Part shown: one piece after another, positions 41,992 through 55,100 of the stretch
How the letters are laid out: each line of letters opens with the position of its first letter
Numbering within the stretch: position 1 is the stretch's first letter
Program-made: the position numbers and the translations under genes
The notes under the pieces: generated by a model
Told to the model about the DNA's origin: nothing
Databases searched by the model: none
Seen by the model: only the letters and a program-made list of their open reading frames with translations
Assembly (NCBI RefSeq): GCF_964355755.1
Contig: NC_092680.1
Span: forward strand, 11,842,001-11,906,000
Reading direction: 5' to 3'
Origin: Antedon mediterranea
Lineage: Eukaryota > Animalia > Echinodermata
Length of the DNA stretch: 64,000 bases

Positions 41992-43155
41992 ACTTAGACA
42001 GACTCAATTTTCCAGATAAGGCTAAAAATGCTGAACAAGTATTAAATATGTGGAAACAACGCTCACTTACTCTGTTTGGAAAAGCAACTATTATTAAGTC
42101 ACTGTTTCTCCCGATATTCACGTATGTTTTCTCAAATTTACCAGACCCACCCGATTGTTTCCTTCAAGATATTCAAAGTAAAATTTTTAAATTTATATGG
42201 AACGGAAAACCCGATAAAGTCAAAAGAAAAGTCATGCTTAACAATTTTGACGAAGGAGGGTTAAAAATTCCCCATATTAAGAGTTACTGTACATCTCTCA
42301 AATCATGTTGGGTGAAAAGATATCTTGATGGAAATCAATCCAAGTGGAAAGTGTTTTTAAAAAGTAAGATTAAAGAGGTTGGAGGAAATATTGTTTTCGA
42401 AACCAACTTTTCTAAATCTTCAAAAATATTAAAACAATTTGAAAGGTTCCATAAAGATATACTCTCTGCGTGGAGTGAATACAATTTTGTAGAACCGTAT
42501 ACGATAGAGGACATCTTAAATCAATCTTTATGGAACAACTCATGTTTTGATAAAAGAGAATTTAAAGTTGAAAAAAATTGGTTGGTTAAAAATGTAAACT
42601 ATGTAAAAGATATCGTGAACAAAGAAGGGAAAATATTAGAACTAGACGAATTTAACCAAAAATATAATTTTAAACCAGACTTCTTATTATATCACCAGAT
42701 TGTAAATTCAATTCCAAAGCTCTGGAAACAGAAATTAATTGAACAAGGTATAAACACAACTAATGAAGTTGAATCCAAATTACAGACATTCATTTCTGTG
42801 AAAACGAGAAATTGTCATTATATCTATAAACACATTATATTAAAAAATGTTGAAGAGCCAATTGGAATTGAATCCAAATGGGAAAAGGAGTTTGACAACA
42901 AACTTAATTGGAAAAACCTTTTCTCAAATTTACACGCCTGTACAAATGACACTAAGCTAAAAAATTTTCAATTTAAATTTATTCATCGTATAATTTATAC
43001 AAATACAATGCTCTTTAAGATGTCAAAGGTCGATTCACCAATGTGTAGTTTTTGCAAGGAAAAGCAGGAAACACTGCTACATATGTTCTTTGAATGTGAT
43101 CTGGTAAAGAACATTTGGGAAAATGTAAAACAATATATGTATCGAAATATCAACA
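41992..43155 (+). mobile_element. Internal fragment of an L1-clade/Tx1-like non-LTR retrotransposon ORF2 (post-RT-core region to CCHC zinc finger), 5' and 3' truncated
   Basis: Non-repetitive and open throughout. The translation has motifs typical of L1/Tx1 ORF2 downstream of the RT core (W-KQRSLTLFGKATIIKSL, IFKFIWNGK, GGLKIP, WVKR, LWNN, FQFKFIHRIIYTN) and C-x2-C-x8-H-x4-C. There is no endonuclease, no YADD RT core, no native stop, 3'UTR or poly(A). Family assignment is by motif recognition, not a database search. Confidence 0.9.
43044..43097 (+). other. CCHC zinc-binding motif (zf-RVT-like) of LINE ORF2: CSFCKEKQETLLHMFFEC
   Basis: C-x2-C-x8-H-x4-C spacing followed by a W (DLVKNIW), characteristic of the L1-group ORF2 C-terminus. 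Confidence 0.88.
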
Positions 43156-46100
43156 ACTTTGGTGTTTTTATGTTATAAAAAGTTTTGTCGAAATGCTCAA
43201 AATGGTCTAAAACGTTTTTAAATACGATATTAAGCTATTTTGTGATCTTTGATGTTTTTGTGTGAAAAGTTTTATCGAAATGCTCAAAATGGTCTGAAAC
43301 GGTTTCTAATGCGATTTGAAGCTATTCTGTACACTTTGAAGTTTTTTGTGAAAAAGTATTCTCGAAATGCTCAAAATGGTCTAAAACGTTTTTATATACC
43401 ATATTAAGCTATTTTGTGCACTTTGATGTTTTTTGTGAAAAGTTTTATCGAAATGCTCAAAATGGTCTAAAACGGTTTCTATTGTGATTTTAAGCACTTT
43501 GATGATTTTGTGTAACCAAGTTTCATCGAAATGTACAAAATGGTCTAAAACGTCTCCAAATGCGATTTGAAGCTATTCTAAGTACTTTTGTGTTTTTATG
43601 TTAACAAGTTTTTTCGAAAATCACAAAATGGTCTAAAACGTCTTCAAATGCGATTTGAAGCTATTCTGTACACTTTGATGTTTTGTGTGAAAAAGTTTTG
43701 TCGAAATGCTCAAAATGGTCTAAAACGTTTTTAAATACGATATTAAGCTATTTTGTGATCTTTGATGTTTTTGTTTGAAAAGTTTTATCGAAATGCTCAA
43801 AATGGTCTAAAACGGTTTCTAATGCGATTTGAAGCTATTCTGTACACTTTGAAGTTTTTTGTGAAAAAGTTTTCTCGAAATGCTCAAAATGGTCTAAAAC
43901 GTTTTTATATACCATATTAAGCTATTTTGTGCACTTTGATGTTTTTTGTGAAAAGTTTTATCGAAATTCTCAAAATGGTCTAAAACGGTTTCTATTGTGA
44001 TTTTAAGCACTTTGATGATTTTGTGTAACCAAGTTTCATCGAAATGTACAAAATGGTCTAAAACGTCTCCAAATGCGATTTGAAGCTATTTTGTGCTCTT
44101 TGATGTTTTTGTGTAACCAAGTTTCATCGAAAATCACAAAATGGTCTAAAACGTCTTCAAATGCGATTTGAAGCTATTCTGTACACTTTGATGTTTTGTG
44201 TGAAAAAGTTTTGTTAAAATGCTCAAAATGGTCTAAAACGTTTTTAAAACGATATTAAGCTATTTTGTGCTCTGTGATGTTTTTGTGTAACCAAGTTTCA
44301 TCGAAAATCACAAAATGGTCTAAAACGTCTCCAAATGCGATGTGAAGCTTTTCTAAGCACTTTGGTGTTTTTATGTTAACAAGTTTTTTCGAAAATCACA
44401 AAATGGTCTAAAACGTCTCCAAATGCGATTTGAAGCTCTTCTGTACACTTTGATGTTTTGTGTGAAAAAGTTTTGTCGAAATTCTCAAAATGGTCTAAAA
44501 CGTTTTTAAATACGATATTAAGCTGTTTTGGGCACTTTGATTATTTGTGTGAAAAGTTTTAACGAAATGCTCAAAATGGTCAAAAACGGTTTCTAATGTG
44601 ATTTTAAGCACTTTGATGTTTTTGTGTAACCAAGTTTTTTCGAAAATCACAAAATGGTCTAAAACGTCTTCAAATGCGATTTGAAGCTATTCTGTACACT
44701 TTGATGTTTTGTGTGAAAAAGTTTTGTCGAAATGCTCAAAATGGTCTAAAACGTTTTTAAATACGATATTAAGCTATTTTGTGATCTTTGATGTTTTTGT
44801 GTGAAAAGTTTTATCGAAATGCTCAAAATGGTCTAAAACGGTTTCTAATGCGATTTGAAGCTATTCTGTACCCTTTTGAAGTTTTTTGTGAAAAAGTTTT
44901 CTCGAAATGCTCAAAATGGTCTAAAAAGTTTTTATATACCATATTAAGCTATTTTGTGCACTTTGATGTTTTTTGTGAAAAGTTTTATCGAAATGCTCAA
45001 AATGGTCTAAAACGGTTTCTATTGTGATTTTAAGCACTTTGATGATTTTGTGTAACCAAGTTTCATCGAAATGTACAAAATGGTCTAAAACGTCTCCAAA
45101 TGCGATTTGAAGCTATTCTAAGTACTTTTGTGTTTTTATGTTAACAAGTTTTTTCGAAAATCACAAAATGGTCTAAAACGTCTTCAAATGCGATTTGAAG
45201 CTATTCTGTACACTTTGATGTTTTGTGTGAAAAAGTTTTGTCGAAATGCTCAAAATGGTCTAAAACGTTTTTAAATACGATATTAAGCTATTTTGTGATC
45301 TTTGATGTTTTTGTGTGAAAAGTTTTATCGAAATGCTCAAAATGGTCTAAAACGGTTTCTAATGCGATTTGAAGCTATTCTGTACACTTTGAAGTTTTTT
45401 GTGAAAAAGTTTTCTCGAAATGCTCAAAATGGTCTAAAACGTTTTTATATACCATATTAAGCTATTTTGTGCACTTTGATGTTTTTTGTGAAAAGTTTTA
45501 TCGAAATTCTCAAAATGGTCTAAAACGGTTTCTATTGTGATTTTAAGCACTTTGATGATTTTGTGTAACCAAGTTTCATCGAAATGTACAAAATGGTCTA
45601 AAACGTCTCCAAATGCGATTTGAAGCTCTTCTGTACACTTTGATGTTTTGTGTGAAAAAGTTTTGTCGAAATTCTCAAAATGGTCTAAAACGTTTTTAAA
45701 TACGATATTAAGCTGTTTTGTGCACTTTGATGATTTGTGTGAAAAGTTTTAACGAAATGCTCAAAATGGTCAAAAACGGTTTCTAATGTGATTTTAAGCA
45801 CTTTGATGTTTTTGTGTAACCAAGTTTTTTAAAAAATCACAAAATGGTCTAAAACGTCTCCAAATGCGATTTGAAGCTTTTCTAAGCACTTTGGTGTTTT
45901 TATGTTAACAAGTTTTTTCGAAAATCACAAAATGGTCTAAAACGTCTCCAAATGCGATTTGAAGATATTCTGAGCACTTTGGTGTTTTTATGTTAAAAAG
46001 TTTTTTCGAAAATCACAAAATAGTCTAAAACGTCTCAAAATGCGATTTGAAGCTATTCTGTACACTTTGATGTTTTGTGTGAAAAAGTTTTGTCGAAATG

Positions 46101-49100
46101 CTCAAAATGGTCTAAAACGTTTTTAAAACGATATTAAGCTATTTTGTGCTCTTTGATGTTTTTGTGTAACCAAGTTTCATCGAAAATCACAAAATGGTCT
46201 AAAACGTCTCAAAATGCGATTTGAAGCTTTTCTAAGCACTTTGGTGTTTTTATGTTAAGAAGTTTTTTCGAAAATCACGAAATGGTCTAAAATGTCTCCA
46301 AATGCGATTTGAAGATATTCTGAGCACTTTGGTGTTTTTATGTTAAAAAGTTTTTTCGAAAATCACAAAATGGTCTAAAACGTCTCCAAATGCGATTTGA
46401 AGCTCTTCTGTACACTTTGATGTTTTGTGTGAAAAAGTTTTGTCGAAATGCTCAAAATGGTCTAAAACGTTTTTAAATACGATATTAAGCTATTTTGTGC
46501 TCTTTGATGTTTTTGTGTAACCAAGTTTCATCGAAAATCACAAAATGGTCTAAAACGTCTTCAAATGCGATTTGAAGCTATTCTGTACACTTTGATGTTT
46601 TGTGTGAAAAAGTTTTGTTAAAATGCTCAAAATGGTCTAAAACGTTTTTAAAACGATATTAAGCTATTTTGTGCTCTGTGATGTTTTTGTGTAACCAAGT
46701 TTCATCGAAAATCACAAAATGGTCTAAAACGTCTCCAAATGCGATGTGAAGCTTTTCTAAGCACTTTGGTGTTTTTATGTTAACAAGTTTTTTCGAAAAT
46801 CACAAAATGGTCTAAAACGTCTCCAAATGCGATTTGAAGCTCTTCTGTACACTTTGATGTTTTGTGTGAAAAAGTTTTGTCGAAATTCTCAAAATGGTCT
46901 AAAACGTTTTTAAATACGATATTAAGCTGTTTTGGGCACTTTGATTATTTGTGTGAAAAGTTTTAACGAAATGCTCAAAATGGTCAAAAACGGTTTCTAA
47001 TGTGATTTTAAGCACTTTGATGTTTTTGTGTAACCAAGTTTTTTCGAAAATCACAAAATGGTCTAAAACGTCTCCAAATGCGATTTGAAGCTTTTCTAAG
47101 CACTTTGGTGTTTTTATGTTAACAAGTTTTTTCGAAAATCACAAAATGGTCTTAAACGTCTCCAAATGCGATTTGAAGATATTCTGAGCACTTTGGTGTT
47201 TTTATGTTAAAAAGTTTTTTCGAAAATCACAAAATAGTCTAAAACGTCTCCAAATGCGATTTGAAGCTATTCTGTACACTTTGATGTTTTGTGTGAAAAA
47301 GTTTTGTCGAAATGCTCAAAATGGTCTAAAACGTTTTTAAAACGATATTAGGCTATTTTGTGCTCTTTGATGTTTTTGTGTAACCAAGTTTCATCGAAAA
47401 TCACAAAATGGTCTAAAACGTCTCCAAATGCGATTTGAAGCTTTTCTAAGCACTTTGGTGTTTTTATGTTAACAAGTTTTTTCGAAAATCACGAAATGGT
47501 CTAAAATGTCTCCAAATGCGATTTGAAGATATTCTGAGCACTTTGGTGTTTTTATGTTAAAACGTTTTTTCGAAAATCACAAAATGGTCTAAAACGTCTC
47601 CAAATGCGATTTGAAGCTCTTCTGTACACTTTGATGTTTTGTGTGAAAAAGTTTTGTCGAAATGCTCAAAATGGTCTAAAACGTTTTTAAATACGATATT
47701 AAGCTGTTTTGTGCAGTTTGATGATTTGTGTGAAAAGTTTTAACGAAATGCTCAAAATGGTCTAAAACGGTTTCTAATGCGATTTGAAGCTATTCTGTAC
47801 ACTTTGAAGTTTTTTGTGAAAAAGTTTTCTCGAAATGCTCAAAATGGTCTAAAACGTTTTTATATACCATATTAAGCTATTTTGTGCACTTTGATGTTTT
47901 TTGTGAAAAGTTTTATCGAAATGCTCAAAATGGTCTAAAACGGTTTCTATTGTGATTTTAAGCACTTTGATGAATTTGTGTAACCAAGTTTCATCGAAAT
48001 GTACAAAATGGTCTAAAACGTCTCCAAATGCGATTTGAAGCTATTCTAAGTACTTTTGTGTTTTTATGTTAACAAGTTTTTTCGAAAATCACAAAATGGT
48101 CTAAAACGTCTTCAAATGCGATTTGAAGCTATTCTGTACACTTTGATGTTTTGTGTGAAAAAGTTTTGTCGAAATGCTCAAAATGGTCTAAAACGTTTTT
48201 AAATACGATATTAAGCTATTTTGTGATCTTTGATGTTTTTGTGTGAAAAGTTTTATCGAAATGCTCAAAATGGTCTAAAACGGTTTCTATTGTGGTTTTA
48301 AGCACTTTGATGATTTTGTGTAACCAAGTTTCATCGAAATGTACAAAATGGTCTAAAACGTCTCCAAATGCGATTTGAAGCTATTCTAAGTACTTTTGTG
48401 TTTTTATGTTAACAAGTTTTTTCGAAAATCACAAAATGGTCTAAAACGTCTTCAAATGCGATTTGAAGCTATTCTGTACACTTTGGTGTTTTTATGTTAA
48501 AAAGTTTTTTCGAAAATCACAAAATGGTCTAAAACGTCTCAAAATGCGATTTGAAGCTATTCTGTACACTTTGATGTTTTGTGTGAAAAAGTTTTGTCGA
48601 AATGCTCAAAATGGTCTAAAACGTTTTTAAAACGATATTAAGCTATTTTGTGCTCTTTGATGTTTTTGTTTAACCAAGTTTCATCGAAAATCACAAAATG
48701 GTCTAAAACGTCTCCAAATGCGATTTGAAGCTTTTCTAAGCACTTTGGTGTTTTTATGTTAACAAGTTTTTTCGAAAATCACAAAATGGTCTAAAACGTC
48801 TCCAAATGCGATTTGAAGCTCTTCTGTACACTTTGATGTTTTGTGTGAAAAAGTTTTGTCGAAATTCTCAAAATGGTCTAAAACGTTTTTAAATACGATA
48901 TTAAGCTGTTTTGTGCACTTTGATGATTTGTGTGAAAAGTTTTAACGAAATGCTCAAAATGGTCAAAAACGGTTTCTAATGTGATTTTAAGCACTTTGAT
49001 GTTTTTGTGTAACCAAGTTTTTTCGAAAATCACAAAATGGTCTAAAACGTCTCCAAATGCGATTTGAAGCTTTTCTAAGCACTTTGGTGTTTTTATGTTA

Positions 49101-52100
49101 ACAAATTTTTTTGAAAATCACAAAATGGTCTAAAACTTCTCCAAATGCGATTTGAAGATATTCTGAGCACTTTGGTGTTTTTATGTTAAAAAGTTTTTTC
49201 GAAAATCACAAAATAGTCTAAAACGTCTCCAATTGCGATTTGAAGCTATTCTGTACACTTTGATGTTTTGTGTGAAAAAGTTTTGTCGAAAAACTCAAAA
49301 TGGTCTAAAACGTTTTTAAAACGATATTAAGCTATTTTGTGCTCTTTGATGTTTTTGTGTAACCAAGTTTCATCGAAAATCACAAAATGGTCTAAAACGT
49401 CTCCAAATGCGATTTGAAGCTTTTCTAAGCACTTTGGTGTTTTTATGTTAACAAGTTTTTTCGAAAATCACGAAATGGTCTAAAATGTCTCCAAATGCGA
49501 TTTGAAGATATTCTGAGCACTTTGGTGTTTTTATGTTAAAACGTTTTTTCGAAAATCACAAAATGGTCTAAAACGTCTCCAAATGCGATTTGAAGCTCTT
49601 CTGTACACTTTGATGTTTTGTGTGAAAAAGTTTTGTCGAAATGCTCAAAATGGTCTAAAACGTTTTTAAATACGATATTAAGCTGTTTTGTGCAGTTTGA
49701 TGATTTGTGTGAAAAGTTTTAACGAAATGCTCAAAATGGTCTAAAACGGTTTCTAATGTGATTTTAAGCACTTTGATGTTTTTGTGTAACCAAGTTTTTT
49801 CGAAAATCACAAAATGGTCTAAAACGTCTCCAAATGCGATTTGAAGCTTTTCTAAGCACTTTGGTGTTTTTATGTTAACAAGTTTTTTCGAAAATCACAA
49901 AATGGTCTAAAATGTCTCCAAATGCGATTTGAAGCTATTCTGTACACTTTGATGTTTTGTGTGAAAAAGTTTTGTCGAAATACTCAAAATGGTCTAAAAA
50001 GTTTTTAAAACGATATTAAGCTATTTTGTGCTCTTTGATGTTTTTGTGTAACCAAGTTTCATCGAAATCAACAAAATGGTCTAATACGTCTCCAAATGCG
50101 ATTTGAAGCTTTTCCAAGCACTTTGCTTTTTTTATGTTAACAAGTTTTTTCGAAAATCACAAAATGGTCTAAAACGTCTTCAAATGCGATTTGAAGCTAT
50201 TCTGTACACTTTGATGTTTTGTGTGAAAAAGTTTTGTCGAAATGCTCAAAATGGTCTAAAACGTTTTTAAATACGATATTAAGCTATTTTGTGATCTTTG
50301 ATGTTTTTGTGTGAAAAGTTTTATCGAAATGCTCAAAATGGTCTGAAACGGTTTCTAATGCGATTTGAAGCTATTCTGTACACTTTGAAGTTTTTTGTGA
50401 AAAAGTTTTCTCGAAATGCTCAAAATGGTCTAAAACGTTTTTATATACCATATTAAGCTATTTTGTGCACTTTGATGTTTTTTGTGAAAAGTTTTATCGA
50501 AATGCTCAAAATGGTCTAAAACGGTTTCTATTGTGATTTTAAGCACTTTGATGATTTTGTGTAACCAAGTTTCATCGAAATGTACAAAATGGTCTAAAAC
50601 GTCTCCAAATGCGATTTGAAGCTTTTCTAAGCACTTTGGTGTTTTTATGTTAACAAGTTTTTTCGAAAATCACAAAATGGTCTAAAACGTCTCCAAATGC
50701 GATTTGAAGATATTCTGAGCACTTTGGTGTTTTTATGTTAAAAAGTTTTTTCGAAAATCAAAAAATAGTCTAAAACGTCTCCAAATGCGATTTGAAGCTA
50801 TTCTGTACACTTTGATGTTTTGTGTGAAAAAGTTTTGTCGAAATGCTCAAAATGGTCTAAAACGTTTTTAAAACGATATTAAGCTATTTTGTGCTCTTTG
50901 ATGTTTTTGTGTAACCAAGTTTCATCGAAAATCACAAAATGGTCTAAAACGTCTTCAAATGCGATTTGAAGCTATTCTGTACACTTTGATGTTTTGTGTG
51001 AAAAAGTTTTGTCAAAATGCTCAAAATGGTCTAAAACGTTTTTAAAACGATATTAAGCTATTTTGTGCTCTTTGATGTTTTTGTGTAACCAAGTTTCATC
51101 GAAAATCACAAAATTGTCTAAAACGTCTCCAAATGCGATTTGAAGCTTTTCTAAGCACTTTGGTGTTTTTATGTTAACAAGTTTTTTCGAAAATCACAAA
51201 ATGGTCTAAAACGTCTCCAAATGCGATTTGAAGCTCTTCTGTACACTTTGATGTTTTGTGTGAAAAAGTTTTGTCGAAATTCTCAAAATGGTCTAAAACG
51301 TTTTTAAATACGATATTAAGTTGTTTTGGGCACTTTGATGATTTGTGTGAAAAGTTTTAACGAAATGCTCAAAATGCTCAAAAACGGTTTCTAATGTGAT
51401 TTTAAGCACTTTGATGTTTTTGTGTAACCAAGTTTTTTCGAAAATCACAAAATGGTCTAAAACGTCTCCAAATGCGATTTGAAGCTTTTCTAAGCACTTT
51501 GGTGTTTTTATGTTAACAAGTTTTTTCGAAAATCACAAAATGGTCTAAAACGTCTCCAAATGCGATTTGAAGATATTCTGAGAACTTTGGTGTTTTTATG
51601 TTAAAAAGTTTTTTCGAAAATCACAAAATAGTCTAAAACGTCTCCAAATGCGATTTGAAGCTCTTCTGTACACTTTGATGTTTTGTGTGAAAAAGTTTTG
51701 TCGAAATGCTCAAAATGGTCTAAAACGTTTTTAAATACGATATTAAGCTGTTTTGTGCAGTTTGATGATTTGTGTGAAAAGTTTTAACGAAATGCTCAAA
51801 ATGGTCTAAAACGGTTTCTAATGCGATTTGAAGCTATTCTGTACACTTTGAAGTTTTTTGTGAAAAAGTTTTCTCGAAATGCTCAAAATGGTCTAAAACG
51901 TTTTTATATACCATATTAAGCTATTTTGTTCACTTTGATGTTTTTTGTGAAAAGTTTTATCGAAATGCTCAAAATGGTCTGAAACGGTTTCTATTGTGAT
52001 TTTAAGCACTTTGATGATTTTGTGTAACCAAGTTTCATCGAAATGTACAAAATGGTCTAAAACGTCTCAAAATGCGATTTGAAGCTATTCTAAGTACTTT

Positions 52101-55100
52101 TGTGTTTTTATGTTAACAAGTTTTTTCGAAAATCACGAAATGGTCTAAAATGTCTCCAAATGCGATTTGAAGATATTCTGAGCACTTTGGTGTTTTTATG
52201 TTAAAAAGTTTTGTCGAAATGCTCAAAATGGTCTAAAACGTTTTTAAATACGATATTAAGCTATTTTGTGATCTTTGATGTTTTTGTGTGAAAAGTTTTA
52301 TCGAAATGCTCAAAATGGTCTGAAACGGTTTCTAATGCGATTTGAAGCTATTCTGTACACTTTGAAGTTTTTTGTGAAAAAGTTTTCTCGAAATGCTCAA
52401 AATGGTCTAAAACGTTTTTATATACCATATTAAGCTATTTTGTGCACTTTGATGTTTTTTGTGAAAAGTTTTATCGAAATGCTCAAAATGGTCTAAAACG
52501 GTTTCTATTGTGATTTTAAGCACTTTGATGATTTTGTGTAACCAAGTTTCATCGAAATGTACAAAATGGTCTAAAACGTCTCCAAATGCGATTTGAAGCT
52601 ATTCTAAGTACTTTTGTGGTTTTATGTTAACAAGTTTTTTCGAAAATCACGAAATGGTCTAAAACGTCTTCAAATGCGATTTGAAGCTATTCTGTACACT
52701 TTGATGTTTTGTGTGAAAAAGTTTTGTCGAAATGCTCAAAATGGTCTAAAACGTTTTTAAATACGATATTAAGCTATTTTGTGATCTTTGATGTTTTTGT
52801 GTGAAAAGTTTTATCGAAATGCTCAAAATGGTCTAAAACGGTTTCTATTGTGATTTTAAGCACTTTGATGATTTTGTGTAACCAAGTTTCATCGAAATGT
52901 ACAAAATGGTCTAAAACGTCTCCAAATGCGATTTGAAGCTATTCTAAGTACTTTTGTGTTTTTATGTTAACAAGTTTTTTCGAAAATCACAAAATGGTCT
53001 AAAACGTCTTCAAATGCGATTTGAAGCTATTCTGTACACTTTGATGTTTTGTGTGAAAAAGTTTTGTCAAAATGCTCAAAATGGTCTAAAACGTTTTTAA
53101 AACGATATTAAGCTATTTTGTGCTCTTTGATGTTTTTGTGTAACCAAGTTTCATCGAAAATCACAAAATGGTCTAAAACGTCTCCAAATGCGATTTGAAG
53201 CTTTTCTAAGCACTTTGGTGTTTTTATGTTAACAAGTTTTTTCGAAAATCACAAAATGGTCTAAAACGTCTCCAAATGCGATTTGAAGCTCTTCTGTACA
53301 CTTTGATGTTTTGTGTGAAAAAGTTTTGTCGAAATTCTCAAAATGGTCTAAAACGTTTTTAAATACGATATTAAGCTGTTTTGTGCACTTTGATGATTTG
53401 TGTGAAGAGTTTTAACGAAATGCTCAAAATGGTCAAAAACGGTTTCTAATGTGATTTTAAGCACTTTGATGTTTTTGTGTAACCAAGTTTTTTCAAAAAT
53501 TTCAAAATGGTCTAAAACGTCTCCAAATGCGATTTGAAGCTTTTCTAAGCACTTTGGTGTTTTTATGTTAACAAGTTTTTTCGAAAATCACAAAATGGTC
53601 TAAAACGTCTCCAAATGCGATTTGAAGATATTCTGAGCACTTTGGTGTTTTTATGTTAAAAAGTTTTTTCGAAAATCACAAAATGGTCTAAAACGTCTTC
53701 AAATGCGATTTGAAGCTATTCTGTACACTTTGATGTTTTGTGTGAAAAAGTTTTGTCGAAATGCTCAAAATGGTCTAAAACGTTTTTAAATACGATATTA
53801 AGCTATTTTGTGATCTTTGATGTTTTTGTGTGAAAAGTTTTATCAAAATGCTCAAAATGGTCTAAAACGGTTTCTAATGCGATTTGAAGCTATTCTGTAC
53901 ACTTTGAAGTTTTGTGTGAAAAAGTTTTCTCGAAATGCTCAAAATGGTCTAAAACGTTTTTATATACCATATTAAGCTATTCTGTACACTTTGATGTTTT
54001 GTGTGAAAAAGTTTTGTCAAAATGCTCAAAATGGTCTAAAACGTTTTTAAAACGATATTAAGCTATTTTGTGCTCTTTGATGATTTTGTGTAACCAAGTT
54101 TCATCGAAATGTAAAAAATGGTCTAAAACGTCTCCAAATGCGATTTGAAGCTATTCTAAGTACTTTTGTGATTTTATGTTAACAAGTTTTTTCGAAAATC
54201 ACAAAATGGTCTAAAACGTCTTCAAATGCGATTTGAAGCTATTCTGTACACTTTGATGTTTTGTGTGAAAAAGTTTTGTCGAAATGCTCAAAATGGTCTA
54301 AAACGTTTTTAAAACGATATTAAGCTATTTTGTGCTCTTTGATGTTTTTGTGTAACCAAGTTTCATCGAAAATCACAAAATGGTCTAAAACGTCTCCAAA
54401 TGCGATTTGAAGCTTTTCCAAGCACTTTGCTGTTTTTATGTTAACAAGTTTTTTCGAAAATCACAAAATGGTCTAAAACGTCTCCAAATGCGATTTGAAG
54501 CTCTTCTGTACACTTTGATGTTTTGTGTGAAAAAGTTTTGTCGAAATGCTCAAAATGGTCTAAAACGTTTTTAAATACGATATTAAGCTGTTTTGTGCAC
54601 TTTGATGATTTGTGTGAAGAGTTTTAACGAAATGCTCAAAATGGTCAAAAACGGTTTCTAATGTGATTTTAAGCACTTTGATGTTTTTGTGTAACCAAGT
54701 TTTTTCGAAAATCACAAAATAGTCTAAAACGTCTCCAAATGCGATTTGAAGCTTTTCTAAGCACTTTGGTGTTTTTATGTTAACAAGTTTTTTCGAAAAT
54801 CACAAAATGGTCTAAAACGTCTCCAAATGCGATTTGAGGATATTCTGAGCACTTTGGTGTTTTTTTGTTAAAAAGTTTTTTCGAAAATCACAAAATGGTC
54901 TAAAACGTCTCCAAATGCGATTTGAAGCTATTCTGTACACTTTGATGTTTTGTGTGAAAAAGTTTTGTCGAAATGCTCAAAATGGTCTAAAACGTTTTTA
55001 AATACGATATTAAGCTATTTTGTGATCTTTGATGTTTTTGTGTGAAAAGTTTTATCGAAATGCTCAAAATGGTCTAAAACGGTTTCTATTGTGATTTTAA

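Larger units (their letters stand above)
41958..43178 (+). pseudogene. Chimeric 406-aa ORF: satellite-derived start (MRFEAILSTFV), ~388 codons of LINE ORF2 fragment, satellite-derived end (FGVFML*)
   Basis: From the ORF track. The ATG lies in the monomer motif AAATGCGATTTG and the stop in TTATGTTATAA. Without catalytic domains it cannot be a functional ORF2. Confidence 0.75.

Noticed and set aside
41921-42264. ORFs 41921-42121 (-) and 42076-42264 (+)
   Set aside because: Antisense or alternative-frame shadows of the LINE ORF2 fragment with no recognisable motifs.
41982-43165. 10-bp target-site duplication ACTTT(T/G)GTGT
   Set aside because: The mismatch is a monomer-class-diagnostic base and the downstream sequence belongs to a different class. 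The similarity is explained by satellite homology, and the element has no 3' end.
4528-45027. Short repeated ORFs of 61-88 aa (MRFEAILYTL..., MLRISSNRIW..., MMFLCEKF...) as genes
   Set aside because: These are chance read-through of 87-bp (29-codon) monomers and recur only because the DNA is duplicated. They were used solely as duplication markers.
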